Below are positions 18,619 to 28,618 of a DNA stretch of 64,000 bases, piece by piece. The first letter of the stretch is position 1; the number at the start of each line of letters is the position of its first letter. The translations under genes were made by a program, and so were the position numbers. The notes beneath the pieces are model-generated. The model had not been told where the DNA came from and did not search any database. It worked only from the letters and a program-made list of their open reading frames with translations. The stretch lies in the sequence record OR413581.1; one strand, 5' to 3'.

Positions 18619-18633
18619 GCATAGATATTATCT
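18619..18633 (+). promoter_or_regulatory. ATAGATATTATCT promoter-like motif
   Basis: Copy of the recurrent motif, upstream of ORF 18664. Confidence 0.6.
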
Positions 18634-18663
18634 TCGTGAATTATCCTTAAGGAGCATTTCTCG

Positions 18664-18984
18664 ATGACGCGCATGTTCTTTAATTTCTCTCCAGGGACAA
18701 ATGAACAGATTGTGCCTGCGGACATGTTACTGTGCGCGATACAAGAAGTCATTTATCCCGGCACGCATGAGTTTCCACGCGAGTGGACACGCATTGCCGA
18801 AAGTTATTTTGGCACGGAAGCGTGGTTTGTTATTTCGGCGTTGGGCCGAAACCATAGCTATCCCTTTCATTACAAAAATGGAGTTGTGCAAACGTGGTCA
18901 GAATATACCTCGAACCAGCTGCGGTTCATTCTAGCTTCTGGGGGCCTGTCGATGCTTCCCAGTACGCTACCGCTCTGCGGATGA
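18664..18984 (+). CDS. Hypothetical protein
   Basis: 106 aa with AAGGAG SD; first gene of a translationally coupled run. Confidence 0.75.
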   Translation: MTRMFFNFSPGTNEQIVPADMLLCAIQEVIYPGTHEFPREWTRIAESYFGTEAWFVISALGRNHSYPFHYKNGVVQTWSEYTSNQLRFILASGGLSMLPSTLPLCG

Positions 18985-19544
18985 GCCAAAAAGAACGCGA
19001 GATGTTAACTGTACAACTGTTACACACTGCGCTCGAAGATATCTTTTACTCCGTTCCGGAAATGCCTAATGCACGTATGGAACCTTTGCTGGAACCTTAT
19101 ACTGACGCTTTTAATCTCACGATGATGTTGGTGGCTGACCAGATCATACTTCCACCGAAAACAGTTCCTGTGGAACGTACACACGTTTCCAGTGGCGGTT
19201 TGGGTACTCCGGTTAATAAGACGAAAGAGACCGTAGCGATTTTACGTTCTACCGAATATCTTATCGGATTAGCATTCGAAGACTGTTACAACAGTTTCCT
19301 GGACAGTATCCATGCGCTTGTGGAGAATGCTGTGAAAGCCGCCAAACACCCGTTTAATCGTTATGCGACGATTAAACTGGAACCACACATAACCCGTCGT
19401 GGGCAGGTGCAATCTCTGGAGTTACAAATTGGAGAAGACATCAGATTCATTCACTACCGCCAATGCTTCCCAAACAAACGATATCGTCCGTCTGGTACTG
19501 ATCGATCACATTGCCTCGACGGCATACGTCAGGATATTGAATGA
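18981..19544 (+). CDS. Hypothetical protein
   Basis: ATGA overlap with the previous stop suggests a start at 18981. Confidence 0.7.
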   Translation: MSQKEREMLTVQLLHTALEDIFYSVPEMPNARMEPLLEPYTDAFNLTMMLVADQIILPPKTVPVERTHVSSGGLGTPVNKTKETVAILRSTEYLIGLAFEDCYNSFLDSIHALVENAVKAAKHPFNRYATIKLEPHITRRGQVQSLELQIGEDIRFIHYRQCFPNKRYRPSGTDRSHCLDGIRQDIE

Positions 19545-19557
19545 CCCCAGCGACATC

Positions 19558-19866
19558 ATGTTCAGCATGTATGATGTTAACACGGGGTTGAAGCATATCA
19601 TTCTCTGTATGCTCGAATACATGATTCCGACATTTACAGAACACGGTGCGTGGGACACAGAAACAGTCTCACTGATTGTTAGGTGTTATCGTCCCAGAAG
19701 TCATTCGCGGGAAATCCACACCATCGCGTCACACGTTCATCGTGCTATCTGTGAGGAAATGGGCATTCCTCCGAAAGGGTATCGGTATCATTATAATCAA
19801 GCAGACAGAATTCTCCGTTTCATTCCACGTAAGGTAACAGATGTCTATGATGACGGTTTATACTGA
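19558..19866 (+). CDS. Hypothetical protein
   Basis: C-terminal part of ORF-track 19399..19866; start uncertain. Confidence 0.6.
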   Translation: MFSMYDVNTGLKHIILCMLEYMIPTFTEHGAWDTETVSLIVRCYRPRSHSREIHTIASHVHRAICEEMGIPPKGYRYHYNQADRILRFIPRKVTDVYDDGLY

Positions 19867-20248
19867 GTTCGTGCGATTGACTTGCCGACTCACCGCACTC
19901 GTCAAAGAGAATCTCGGCATCGATTACCAGGATGCTGCGGTAGAGCTTGACGATTACATCGAGCAAATTGTTCGGTTGCATGTTTTGCGGAAAAAATATG
20001 GCGTTATCGATAGCATGATACGCCAGTTCTTTATGGAGTATGTTCACGATAACCCAATCATTACTCCAACCACGTCGGCAAAATACTGGGCTCTTTGTCG
20101 ATTTGAGTTGTTGATACGGGACACCGATTGCATCTGGCAAGCAATCGACGAGGACATGACTTATTTACCACAATCCGACTTCCTCCTTTGGCATGTAGGA
20201 GATGGTGTCTGGAAAATGTTAACTACAGGGGTTACTTACAATGATTGA
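19841..20248 (+). CDS. Hypothetical protein
   Basis: 135 aa, overlapping its neighbours in the operon. Confidence 0.7.
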   Translation: MSMMTVYTEFVRLTCRLTALVKENLGIDYQDAAVELDDYIEQIVRLHVLRKKYGVIDSMIRQFFMEYVHDNPIITPTTSAKYWALCRFELLIRDTDCIWQAIDEDMTYLPQSDFLLWHVGDGVWKMLTTGVTYND

Positions 20249-20750
20249 GCGATCTCATTTTTATATCCCCGGCTATCAGTTATTGGCTGGGCCGTTAACG
20301 GAGTTTTCGCCAAACGATGTGCTCCGCGAAGTGAATGACGATTTGAACTCGATAATCAATACCGCCATGAGCTTCGTGGAACGTGGAACCATTGGTAGTG
20401 AGTTAAAGTTTATGATGAACAATACCTTTGGGTTTGTTTCTCGTACACTGAATGCGCACGGCGTTGTGTTGGAAAATGAGCAAGTAATCACTTACGGCAC
20501 CGCAATTCAAAACATCGGTCGTGCGTATATGACCGCCGTATCGCAGTCTCCTTATTGGTTTACTCACTACGGTCGTTGGGTCGGTGCACAATACACAACG
20601 CGCAATCCGGCGGATGTCGAATTCTTATTAGACTATAACGGTGGTGATAAATTCCCACAGTTTGCCAGCCAGGAAGCGTACGAGCGAATCACCCCACAAC
20701 TTCTGCCTGTTATCGATTTGCTTATCGGTAATCTCGGAGGTCGTGTATGA
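20241..20750 (+). CDS. Hypothetical protein
   Basis: 169 aa, coupled overlap. Confidence 0.75.
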   Translation: MIERSHFYIPGYQLLAGPLTEFSPNDVLREVNDDLNSIINTAMSFVERGTIGSELKFMMNNTFGFVSRTLNAHGVVLENEQVITYGTAIQNIGRAYMTAVSQSPYWFTHYGRWVGAQYTTRNPADVEFLLDYNGGDKFPQFASQEAYERITPQLLPVIDLLIGNLGGRV

Positions 20751-21235
20751 GCGTTCTGTTTGATGTGGCGGATATTGCGAACCAATATAGCGCGACTCGG
20801 TTTTACGAGCATGTTCGTGAAGCGGCATTGCGTGTACTGGAAGCCAGTAACCTGGAGATTGATGAAACACAGATACGTGATTTTTATCAACGTTTTGCGT
20901 TTGCGTATATCATCGGTGTGAAAACTCGTGACCCTTCGACGATGGTTGATTTGTTACAGGAAGACACGCTTGAACCTCTGGGCAATTGGGAGTTGGTGTC
21001 CGATGGTCTGTCCGTTGACCAGTTCGCTAAGGAAACGTCTGTCGATACGACGTTTCTGGCAGCACAAGGTTCGCCCGAACAACATCAAGCCGCCTTCGGC
21101 GCTGCGGTAAGTTTGCTGGCCGAAGAGTTAACAAACTTAACTGGTTTTGCTGGACTGATAGAGTCGCTGTATCCGGGGCGATATCAAACGTATGTAGGTG
21201 ATAGTTTTAACGATGTGGTGTTAATCTGCGAATGA
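20747..21235 (+). CDS. Hypothetical protein
   Basis: 162 aa, ATGA overlap, GGAGG SD. Confidence 0.75.
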   Translation: MSVLFDVADIANQYSATRFYEHVREAALRVLEASNLEIDETQIRDFYQRFAFAYIIGVKTRDPSTMVDLLQEDTLEPLGNWELVSDGLSVDQFAKETSVDTTFLAAQGSPEQHQAAFGAAVSLLAEELTNLTGFAGLIESLYPGRYQTYVGDSFNDVVLICE

Positions 21236-21663
21236 AACTGTACATGACCATAGGCGAAGTCTTCAAATATGAGTCGTTGTTGGCACGGGCCGAGATTGCT
21301 GATACTAGCGAGATCGAGCCCGCTGTCGCTTATTTGTTTCTGGCCAGTTACGCCGAATTAACGGTACGTTCTATTGTTAATGGGCTAGGTAAGGGTAAGA
21401 ACTTTCTTACTTTTATTCCCCCAGACCCTGCGTTGATACTGGAACAGTTGCGCGGGCTGTGGGGTACTGAAAAGGTGCTGCCTCTAAACTGCTACAGCAT
21501 GAGCAGTGGGATTAAGGATGATGTTCGGTTCTATGAAATCCTTTCCGTGATAGAACGTGTGTGGGGCATGGCTGGCTTGACTCCAGAAGACGGAGCAAAA
21601 AAGACAAAGGTTTCACTCCTTATGAATGAAATTGGCAACGCACTCATCTGTGTTGAATGTTAA
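21232..21663 (+). CDS. Hypothetical protein
   Basis: 143 aa, ATGA overlap. Confidence 0.75.
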   Translation: MKLYMTIGEVFKYESLLARAEIADTSEIEPAVAYLFLASYAELTVRSIVNGLGKGKNFLTFIPPDPALILEQLRGLWGTEKVLPLNCYSMSSGIKDDVRFYEILSVIERVWGMAGLTPEDGAKKTKVSLLMNEIGNALICVEC

Positions 21664-21672
21664 GGAGTACGA

Positions 21673-22272
21673 ATGATCTACAAGGTGATCGCCAACCACT
21701 TGATTAATGTGGACTTGGGGGTCGTGGGGTATCTTCCGGACGGTATGCGGTTTTTGGATTTGGTGGTTGACACCGTGGTCCGCCTACCGCGTATCACCGT
21801 GGAGATACCCGTAAAAGAATTGGACCAGGACGAGATACACGAACTTATACGTGAAACGCTGACTAGCTATACGTACGAGTTTCGCTGCATGTTGCCTCGC
21901 ACCGACCTTACGTTCTTGCACGACTTCTTTACGTTACTGACTGACGAGTACCGTCGGTGGAAGTTTAATGTTGCAATGGAAGCCAGCACTGAGTCACATT
22001 TTAACGGGCTGACACCATTGTTAGATTTAGCGTTGGTGTACAAAGAGCAAGACAGTTCACACTGGGCTACGCTCAAGCACTACACGTTGGATCTAATGGC
22101 GACCGCCGTAACGGAGGCAGTTATGGCGCATTATGTTGAGCCGGTGAAGATGTTCTTAGAGGCGCATAATGGCGCTATCCGTACGTTGGTTCTCAAGGTG
22201 GACTTCCCGAAAACACTAGTGACCAATGCTTTGGATATGAGGCTGCTTATTGATGTTCCTGAGGAGGAATAA
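21673..22272 (+). CDS. Hypothetical protein
   Basis: 199 aa with AAGGAG SD. Confidence 0.75.
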   Translation: MIYKVIANHLINVDLGVVGYLPDGMRFLDLVVDTVVRLPRITVEIPVKELDQDEIHELIRETLTSYTYEFRCMLPRTDLTFLHDFFTLLTDEYRRWKFNVAMEASTESHFNGLTPLLDLALVYKEQDSSHWATLKHYTLDLMATAVTEAVMAHYVEPVKMFLEAHNGAIRTLVLKVDFPKTLVTNALDMRLLIDVPEEE

Positions 22273-22682
22273 TGTTCGATTTACGCACACTGGTCGCTGG
22301 GCAAAAAGTTAACATTGTTTACGACACCCCTTTGAAAGGGCAAGAGACGCGTGTAATTATTCTGGCAACCGGCGTTGGCTATGAAATGGCCAAAAGCTAT
22401 ATGGATGTGATGGCGGAGCAGAAGAATATCTACTCTTCCATTGTTTCTCAGCCAGAAGATAATGTGAACAAATACACGTATCTGATTTTCAAAGGTGTTG
22501 ACGGCAAACCAAAAGTCGCTGCCGATGCCTGGATTCGTGATGTTCAGATTATCGAAAACACGAAGGTGCGCTTCACCGTCACCCTGGATAACAAACAGGA
22601 GATTGACGACCTTAAACGTGCCCTGGCTGCCAATGGTTTCAATGACGTCGATTTTGAAATCGTTGAGAGTATTGCCGGTTAA
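22272..22682 (+). CDS. Conserved jumbo-phage hypothetical protein (SH3-like beta fold possible)
   Basis: 136 aa, TAATG overlap, GAGGAGG SD; lies directly before the DNA polymerase. Confidence 0.75.
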   Translation: MFDLRTLVAGQKVNIVYDTPLKGQETRVIILATGVGYEMAKSYMDVMAEQKNIYSSIVSQPEDNVNKYTYLIFKGVDGKPKVAADAWIRDVQIIENTKVRFTVTLDNKQEIDDLKRALAANGFNDVDFEIVESIAG

Positions 22683-22687
22683 AGTAA

Positions 22688-22717
22688 GCCCACTCTTCGG
22701 AGTGGGTTATTTTTTTT
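22688..22717 (+). terminator. Rho-independent terminator
   Basis: GCCCACTC-TTCG-GAGTGGGT plus T tract. Confidence 0.85.
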
Positions 22718-22773
22718 CTTTTTTCACGTATCCCGCAAGTCTTATAGCTGAGTAAAAAACCAAGGGGCCAGAC

Positions 22774-25053
22774 GTGGACTACAATTCACCATTTCGTCTT
22801 AGTCAAGACGAGTATCATCGCGACATTGACGTTATCGATGCGTACTACGAACAACTGGCGCTCTACATTCATACCGTCACCAACGGGAAATATTCTTTGG
22901 AGTTCTGTCGACAGCAGGTCGAAGAAATGTTCCAACCTGGTGGTGAGTTAGTACACGAATTCCCCGTGTGTAAGATGTGGGTGCGCAATCAAAAGACCGG
23001 CGATCGCGAAGAAAAATACACCACGGTAGATAAACTGTTCCGTACAGTGATTGATAAGCAGATTATTTCTGCACCGTCGTTGACTTTCTATTTGCCGGAA
23101 CATGTCAAGCGCTCTAAGCTTGCTGAATTTACCGCAGAGAACGTGCGTAAGCGTGCGGTTGTTAAGAAAGAGATGTACGCAGCAGGTGCTGCGGGTAATG
23201 AAGTTCTGCGTATTAACAAAAAGAACGAACAGAACGCTGTTAAGACGTTGAACAACGGGATGTCGGGTGCATTCTCATCACCGTACACGGTAATCTTTAA
23301 CCAGTCTTCGCACTCTGTATTGACGTCAACCTGCCGTACGGCTACATCGTTCGGTAACGCGGGCAACGAACGTCTACTGGGCGGTAATCGTCACTACGAC
23401 ACGCCGTCCCGTGTTATCGACCACTTACTGTCTATTGGTACACTGACTAACTTTGCGGAGTTCAAGAAGTGTATGGAACTCTATAACCTCCACTACCCAA
23501 CAGTGGACGAGGTTATGGAAGTGGTTATGTACTCTGCAGAGTTTTACTTCCGTAACGACGAAGGGCTGGAGTTCATTCGTCACTACGTCGGTAATTGTAG
23601 CCCGCTGGTACGTGCAGCGTTTGTCTACATGGGTGACTTCTACCACCTGGCGAAATACAACGATGAATTCATGCGCGGATTTATCGGTGCGCTGATTGCC
23701 GAGGAGATGGAAGACGAGATCACCGATTGGGATGCTGCTGAGCGCTCTATCGACGGTGACATGCAGATCATTATCTCGCAGTTCCGTACTGATATCGTGC
23801 CGTTAGGTAAGTCGTTCTCTGACGTTAAACTCAAAGACGAAAACACGAACAAAGCGGAACCGTGGGATAAGCAGGAAAAATACAAAGAGCTGATTCGCTC
23901 AGCTGTGTATCTGCAGAAAACCATCGGTAAGTACGCGTGCTTGATTCGTAATATCCTGACTACCAAAAACCTGCCGATTAACATTGCCAGGATGCCTGAC
24001 GTGGTTCGTCGTGTCGGTGTGGTATCTGATACCGACTCCACGATGATGACTGCACAGTGGTGGGCACAGTGGTATACCGGTCAACATTACGGTCGTGAAG
24101 CTACGCGCGTATCGGATGCGATGATTTATATTGCAACCCAGCACTTACGTCATCTGATGGCGAGTATGTCGGCGAACATCGGTGTGGCGAAAGAGCGTCT
24201 GTTTTTGTACGCAATGAAGAACGAATTTAAGTTCGACTCCTTTGCGTTAACCACAAAAGCAAAACACTACTTCTCCATCATCACTGGCCAGGAAGGACAA
24301 TTGAAGTCCGACCCTGAGTTAGAAGTTAAAGGTGTGTCTTTACGTACGTCGAACATACCGCCTGTGGTCATGAAAGAGTTCAAACGCACGATTAAAGAAC
24401 TCTGTGAGATTGTAGCGCGCGGCGATAAGATTAAGATTCTGCCTCTGCTGGAAAAGGTTGCTGCAATTGAGCACGTTGTGGTGGACTCTATTCGTGCTGG
24501 TAAAGCAGGCTACCTGAAAACAACCAACGTCAAAGACCGTAGTGCGTACTCTGAAGATGATGAAAAGAGTTACCACTACCACCGCATGTACAACGCCATC
24601 TTTGGACCGAAGTACGGCTATCTGGATGAACCGCCTTACGATGCCGTGAAACTTCCGGTAAACCTGGAGAACAAAACAGCCGTTAAAGAGTGGCTGGAAA
24701 ATATTAAAGACCCGATGATTAAGACCACCGCAACACGGTGGTTCGAAGAAAACAACTATCGCACCTATCGTACTCTGATACTGCCAGAGTTCCTGGTGGA
24801 GAACTTCGGTATTCCGCCGGAGCTGATTGATGCTGCAGACACACGTCGAAGCGCGTTCTCCACAGTAGAACCTTACTATCACATCCTGGAATGTCTGGGT
24901 GTGTTCATGATGGACAAGAACAGAACTCGTCTGCTTTCAGATTACTACGGCGAGTCCGTAGACTCGGTCAAAGAAGAATTAGGTAGCGGCGAGTACGTTA
25001 AGAAATCTGAACGTGATGGAGAGGAAGAGGATGGGGAAGAAGCGGAGGAGTAA
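22774..25053 (+). CDS. Family B DNA polymerase, C-terminal (fingers/palm motifs B and C) subunit of a split enzyme
   Basis: Motif B QNAVKTLNNGMSG and motif C VVSDTDS; no exonuclease or motif A; acidic tail. Confidence 0.88.
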   Translation: MDYNSPFRLSQDEYHRDIDVIDAYYEQLALYIHTVTNGKYSLEFCRQQVEEMFQPGGELVHEFPVCKMWVRNQKTGDREEKYTTVDKLFRTVIDKQIISAPSLTFYLPEHVKRSKLAEFTAENVRKRAVVKKEMYAAGAAGNEVLRINKKNEQNAVKTLNNGMSGAFSSPYTVIFNQSSHSVLTSTCRTATSFGNAGNERLLGGNRHYDTPSRVIDHLLSIGTLTNFAEFKKCMELYNLHYPTVDEVMEVVMYSAEFYFRNDEGLEFIRHYVGNCSPLVRAAFVYMGDFYHLAKYNDEFMRGFIGALIAEEMEDEITDWDAAERSIDGDMQIIISQFRTDIVPLGKSFSDVKLKDENTNKAEPWDKQEKYKELIRSAVYLQKTIGKYACLIRNILTTKNLPINIARMPDVVRRVGVVSDTDSTMMTAQWWAQWYTGQHYGREATRVSDAMIYIATQHLRHLMASMSANIGVAKERLFLYAMKNEFKFDSFALTTKAKHYFSIITGQEGQLKSDPELEVKGVSLRTSNIPPVVMKEFKRTIKELCEIVARGDKIKILPLLEKVAAIEHVVVDSIRAGKAGYLKTTNVKDRSAYSEDDEKSYHYHRMYNAIFGPKYGYLDEPPYDAVKLPVNLENKTAVKEWLENIKDPMIKTTATRWFEENNYRTYRTLILPEFLVENFGIPPELIDAADTRRSAFSTVEPYYHILECLGVFMMDKNRTRLLSDYYGESVDSVKEELGSGEYVKKSERDGEEEDGEEAEE

Positions 25054-25109
25054 GAATAAGTCACGATCGTGTGTACCACAAACAATAACCGTTACGGGGG
25101 TGGAAGGGT

Positions 25110-25310
25110 ATGTATCGAAATAGTGGGAAGTCCACAGAGATGATAACCGCAATCCGTCGCGACCTCGAAGAACGGGGTTGCGTGGATATTGAGTTACATC
25201 AGGCAGGCGAAACGGTGCATATCACGGCATTGGATGCCAAACGGAAACGTAGTATCGTTGTGTGGGGTAAACCATACGCAAGTGATTTTACGGAGACGAT
25301 AAAATACTAG
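25110..25310 (+). CDS. Small hypothetical protein
   Basis: 66 aa with a G-rich SD; ends before a terminator. Confidence 0.55.
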   Translation: MYRNSGKSTEMITAIRRDLEERGCVDIELHQAGETVHITALDAKRKRSIVVWGKPYASDFTETIKY

Positions 25311-25323
25311 ACAGACAAAAAAT

Positions 25324-25359
25324 AAAAAAAAGAACTACACACCGAAGTGTGTAGTTTTT
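25324..25359. terminator. Bidirectional terminator
   Basis: AACTACACAC-CGAA-GTGTGTAGTT with an A8 tract on the left and T5 on the right. Confidence 0.85.
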
Positions 25360-25408
25360 GTATATAGTATGAATACTCGAAAGAGTGTTCGCGAGGAGAG
25401 AGTAAGTC

Positions 25409-26497
25409 TTATTTTTCTTCTAGCTCTGTCGTCAACGGGATAATCAAATCCCGTTGGATAAAGTTATAGAAGGATTTGGTCAGACGTGTGAGGACTTTAG
25501 AGTCCACATAACGCGCCAAATCAACCAACATCGTACGTTTATGCTTTTCCATATTCCCCTGGTTGTATTGAAGACAAAACAGTGCCCAGTACCAGTTCAC
25601 CATGTTCTGGTGCCAGGTGTTCTGCAGCGTTTGACCTGGTTCTCGAAAGACAATCAGTTCCAGTGCTGTGTGGCCTTCTTCATCAGGGTGTTGGAAGAAT
25701 AATGGGATGTTGTTTAAGACTTGTCCCGGTAACGGGTTGGCAGCCAGTAGTTTACTACGGATGCCTTTTGCGTGCTTCACAGCTAAAGCTTGAAGCGGCG
25801 GAACAGGAATGACACGTAATGTTTCATCCGGTTCAATCTCTTTCCCGAAGGCTATCGCACGATGTATATTTACAAAGGCGATATCCATGTAGCTCGGCAA
25901 CATGCGAGAGATCACATGTCGTTGGAGATACACAGGTGTGGCAATAGGTTCGGTACCGCGACTGTAGTGCTGCTGACCTTTGACATATTGCCAAAGCAAA
26001 GCAACCAGGTTGATTTCGATCACCGTAACACCTCGGGGCCGTCCGTCACCGAACTTCCAATTGAGGTTGGTATACTCATGGTAGAGGTAACGGGCGGGGG
26101 TGTAGTCGCGGAACGAAAGGTCTGGATTTACTGGGCGGGCTACGAGAGAGATTACCTCATCTTGGCCCTGGATAAACTTGCTATTAAAGATTTGACCGTA
26201 CTCACCAACAGACGTCAAGCGTAAGGCGTTACCGATCTGAACAAGTTTGCGACGGCAAGCCCATTCGATGTCTTCGTACTCTGGTTCACCGGCATAGCCG
26301 ATGGCAGACAACACCTGTTGCAACAAATGGCCATTACCAGCACTGCGATTAAGCTGTTCGTAGTAGTTGCGTATACGCTGGCTGTTGTTTTTTACGTGAG
26401 CCGCTAATGTTATAGCGGAGGGGTCCGTGCTGTGACCCTTTATGGCCACTTGGTTTAACTCGGCTTGGCTGAACATGGCAGACTCCTTAGATTCCAC
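25409..26497 (-). CDS. Conserved jumbo-phage protein divergent from chimallin
   Basis: 362-aa ORF; its position between the DNA polymerase and chimallin matches the phiKZ-like core. Confidence 0.7.
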   Translation of the reverse strand: MESKESAMFSQAELNQVAIKGHSTDPSAITLAAHVKNNSQRIRNYYEQLNRSAGNGHLLQQVLSAIGYAGEPEYEDIEWACRRKLVQIGNALRLTSVGEYGQIFNSKFIQGQDEVISLVARPVNPDLSFRDYTPARYLYHEYTNLNWKFGDGRPRGVTVIEINLVALLWQYVKGQQHYSRGTEPIATPVYLQRHVISRMLPSYMDIAFVNIHRAIAFGKEIEPDETLRVIPVPPLQALAVKHAKGIRSKLLAANPLPGQVLNNIPLFFQHPDEEGHTALELIVFREPGQTLQNTWHQNMVNWYWALFCLQYNQGNMEKHKRTMLVDLARYVDSKVLTRLTKSFYNFIQRDLIIPLTTELEEK

Positions 26498-26528
26498 ATA
26501 GGAAGTCAGTCACAGTCAAAAATATCTC

Positions 26529-26543
26529 AGATTGATATTATCT
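26529..26543 (+). promoter_or_regulatory. AGATTGATATTATCT promoter-like motif (upstream copy)
   Basis: First of two tandem copies before chimallin. Confidence 0.6.
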
Positions 26544-26621
26544 ATGTGACAGTTCCTGAGAAATGTCTGGACTATGTGCCTTGTAAGTAAGCGACGGCAT
26601 ACTTGCATTCCATGAAATTAT

Positions 26622-26636
26622 AGGCAGATATTATCT
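26622..26636 (+). promoter_or_regulatory. AGGCAGATATTATCT promoter-like motif (proximal copy)
   Basis: Second copy, 46 nt before the chimallin ATG. Confidence 0.6.
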
Positions 26637-26682
26637 CTGCGAACCGAACTATGATTGCAATCACTATTAAGGAATATTTAAA

Positions 26683-28536
26683 ATGGTAAAAATCGTTGAC
26701 TCTAACAACAACGCTCAGCAGAACAACACTCAGACTCAAGACACCGCACCACTGGGCGGTCTGGGCAACGAGACTGTAAAAGTGCAAACTGCTGTGCCGG
26801 GTACTTCTACTGTCAGCCAATTCGATAACGCATTTGGCATCCGCAACATCAGCACCTATGCAATGCACTTCGTCAACCTCCTGGACGAGCTGAAGAAAAG
26901 CAACGAATACCTCAACGCATTCCGCTGGGGCACCATCGCCGGCGTGGGTAACGAAATGGGTTCCGCGGCGTATGTCGCAGGCCAATGGCAGGGCCACTGG
27001 CTGTACGGTATTATCTTCTTTGAACGCGGTCAGTCTCTGCGTCTGAAAGAAACTACCAACAACGGCCAGGAAGACTACTACACCATCACTGAACTGTTCA
27101 ACAAAGACGTGCTGGCAGTAGTACAGAAAAACATCATGGAAGCGCATGGTCTGACCAATGCGAACTTCATGATCATCAACTCCGTACCAGACCTGGGTAA
27201 AGTTCTGGATGCTGAGTGGGCACGTACTCTGATGGGTCAGATGATGATGGGCATCTTCGGTCGTATCGCAGGCTACCTGGGTACGCTGAACCTGCGTAAA
27301 CATGACCGTTATCAGGCTGCAGTAATGCCGCTGGAAGATGGTGCGGTTGTGGATGCTAACGGCCACGCACAACGTGCTGATTTCGCAATCACCGTTGAGC
27401 ACAGCCCAAGCAACGTATCCGACGCCACTCCGACTCTGCTGGACACCAATCAGGTACAGGTGTATCCGCGTGTATCCGGTACTGGTTTCGTCAACATGCG
27501 TTTCACCGGTCAGAAGCCTGTCGTTAACGGCGTCTACGACCTGAAACAGCTGCAGGCTGAAATCGTAGTAAGTCTGGTCGATTCTCAAACTGAAGGTGCA
27601 ATGGCACCGTATGAACGTCAACTGCTGCTGCTGGCTGCATTTGCAGAAATCGCGGCAATCGGTGGCTGGCGTGACCTGTTTGTGAAACGTCTGAACAAAC
27701 AAGATCGCAAGTTCTCCCGTGTGGCAGAATACCTGTCCTGGGGTGCTGACGCTCGTCCTGATGTATCCAAAATCGACGGTAGCCGTGAAGCTATCGAAGG
27801 TTGCCTGGATATGTTCGCACCGCGTGAAGCAGCACTGGTAGTTAGCCATCGTGCCGGTAACGGTCTGGGTGGTCTGTCTACTATGCTGTCTGAAATTGCG
27901 GTCGGTTACGACAACTCTCTGAAACAGCTGCTCGCTATTCTGAATTCCATGTCCCCGCGTGATCAGAACGGCGAAGTTGTTGCAGCGACCAGCTTCACTG
28001 CAGTATTTGCTTCTGCACTGAAAGCACAGCTGGGCGATGCCTTCAATGGTACCATCCATTGCAGCCACATCGTGAAAGCAGCCGTACCGACTGTTTCCGG
28101 TGTTTACACCGGTACTGCACAGAAACGTAGCTTCCAGGATATGGACCTGATTTCCGTTGTTACCAAACTGGGTGATAACGCGAACGACGTCTATAGCTAC
28201 CTGAACGCACAGTCCTACAGCCACCGTGAACTGAACGAGCGTCAACAGCGTATCTACATGCTGAAACTGGCCGCTTCTCTGTTCGCATCCAAAGCACCGC
28301 AAGCTACCGGTGAATCTCTGGATATGGCTATCAACCCGATCTTCGGTAAATGCCTGCTGGACTTCGTCCGTAACAACTGCACCTGGTCTATGACTGGTGT
28401 AAATGCCTACAACACGATGGCGACCTCTCTGTTCTTCAACAACGGTGGGGAAGACTTCACGCTGTCTGGCAACGGCCTGTCTGCAAGCGGTTCCGATTTC
28501 GGTCTGGGCGTGTCTCTGAGCAACTTCAAACTGTAA
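26683..28536 (+). CDS. chmA: Chimallin (phage nuclear shell protein)
   Basis: 617 aa with strong high-expression codon bias, tandem promoters and its own terminator; lies immediately upstream of the nvRNAP beta-prime N subunit, as phiKZ gp54-gp55 do. Identified by synteny and size. Confidence 0.8.
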   Translation: MVKIVDSNNNAQQNNTQTQDTAPLGGLGNETVKVQTAVPGTSTVSQFDNAFGIRNISTYAMHFVNLLDELKKSNEYLNAFRWGTIAGVGNEMGSAAYVAGQWQGHWLYGIIFFERGQSLRLKETTNNGQEDYYTITELFNKDVLAVVQKNIMEAHGLTNANFMIINSVPDLGKVLDAEWARTLMGQMMMGIFGRIAGYLGTLNLRKHDRYQAAVMPLEDGAVVDANGHAQRADFAITVEHSPSNVSDATPTLLDTNQVQVYPRVSGTGFVNMRFTGQKPVVNGVYDLKQLQAEIVVSLVDSQTEGAMAPYERQLLLLAAFAEIAAIGGWRDLFVKRLNKQDRKFSRVAEYLSWGADARPDVSKIDGSREAIEGCLDMFAPREAALVVSHRAGNGLGGLSTMLSEIAVGYDNSLKQLLAILNSMSPRDQNGEVVAATSFTAVFASALKAQLGDAFNGTIHCSHIVKAAVPTVSGVYTGTAQKRSFQDMDLISVVTKLGDNANDVYSYLNAQSYSHRELNERQQRIYMLKLAASLFASKAPQATGESLDMAINPIFGKCLLDFVRNNCTWSMTGVNAYNTMATSLFFNNGGEDFTLSGNGLSASGSDFGLGVSLSNFKL

Positions 28537-28565
28537 TCGAATCGGTTACTGAGTAGTTAGGAAAC

Positions 28566-28603
28566 GGACGGGGGCTAACGCCTCCGTCCTTCCCTCTTTT
28601 TTT
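28566..28603 (+). terminator. Rho-independent terminator
   Basis: GGACGGGGGC-TAAC-GCCTCCGTCC followed by a T-rich tract. Confidence 0.75.
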
Positions 28604-28618
28604 GTTGAGGTTGACAGA

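Noticed and set aside
18501-18752. N-terminal 84 aa of the 354-aa ORF-track call
   Set aside because: Overlaps a promoter motif and ORF 18664; a better start with AGGAG lies at 18500.
25110-25310. Walker A-like RNSGKS in the 66-aa ORF
   Set aside because: Too short for a P-loop NTPase domain; no Walker B.
26572-28302. 576-aa antisense ORF over chimallin
   Set aside because: Shadow of strong codon bias in a highly expressed gene; no SD or promoter and no protein-like motifs.
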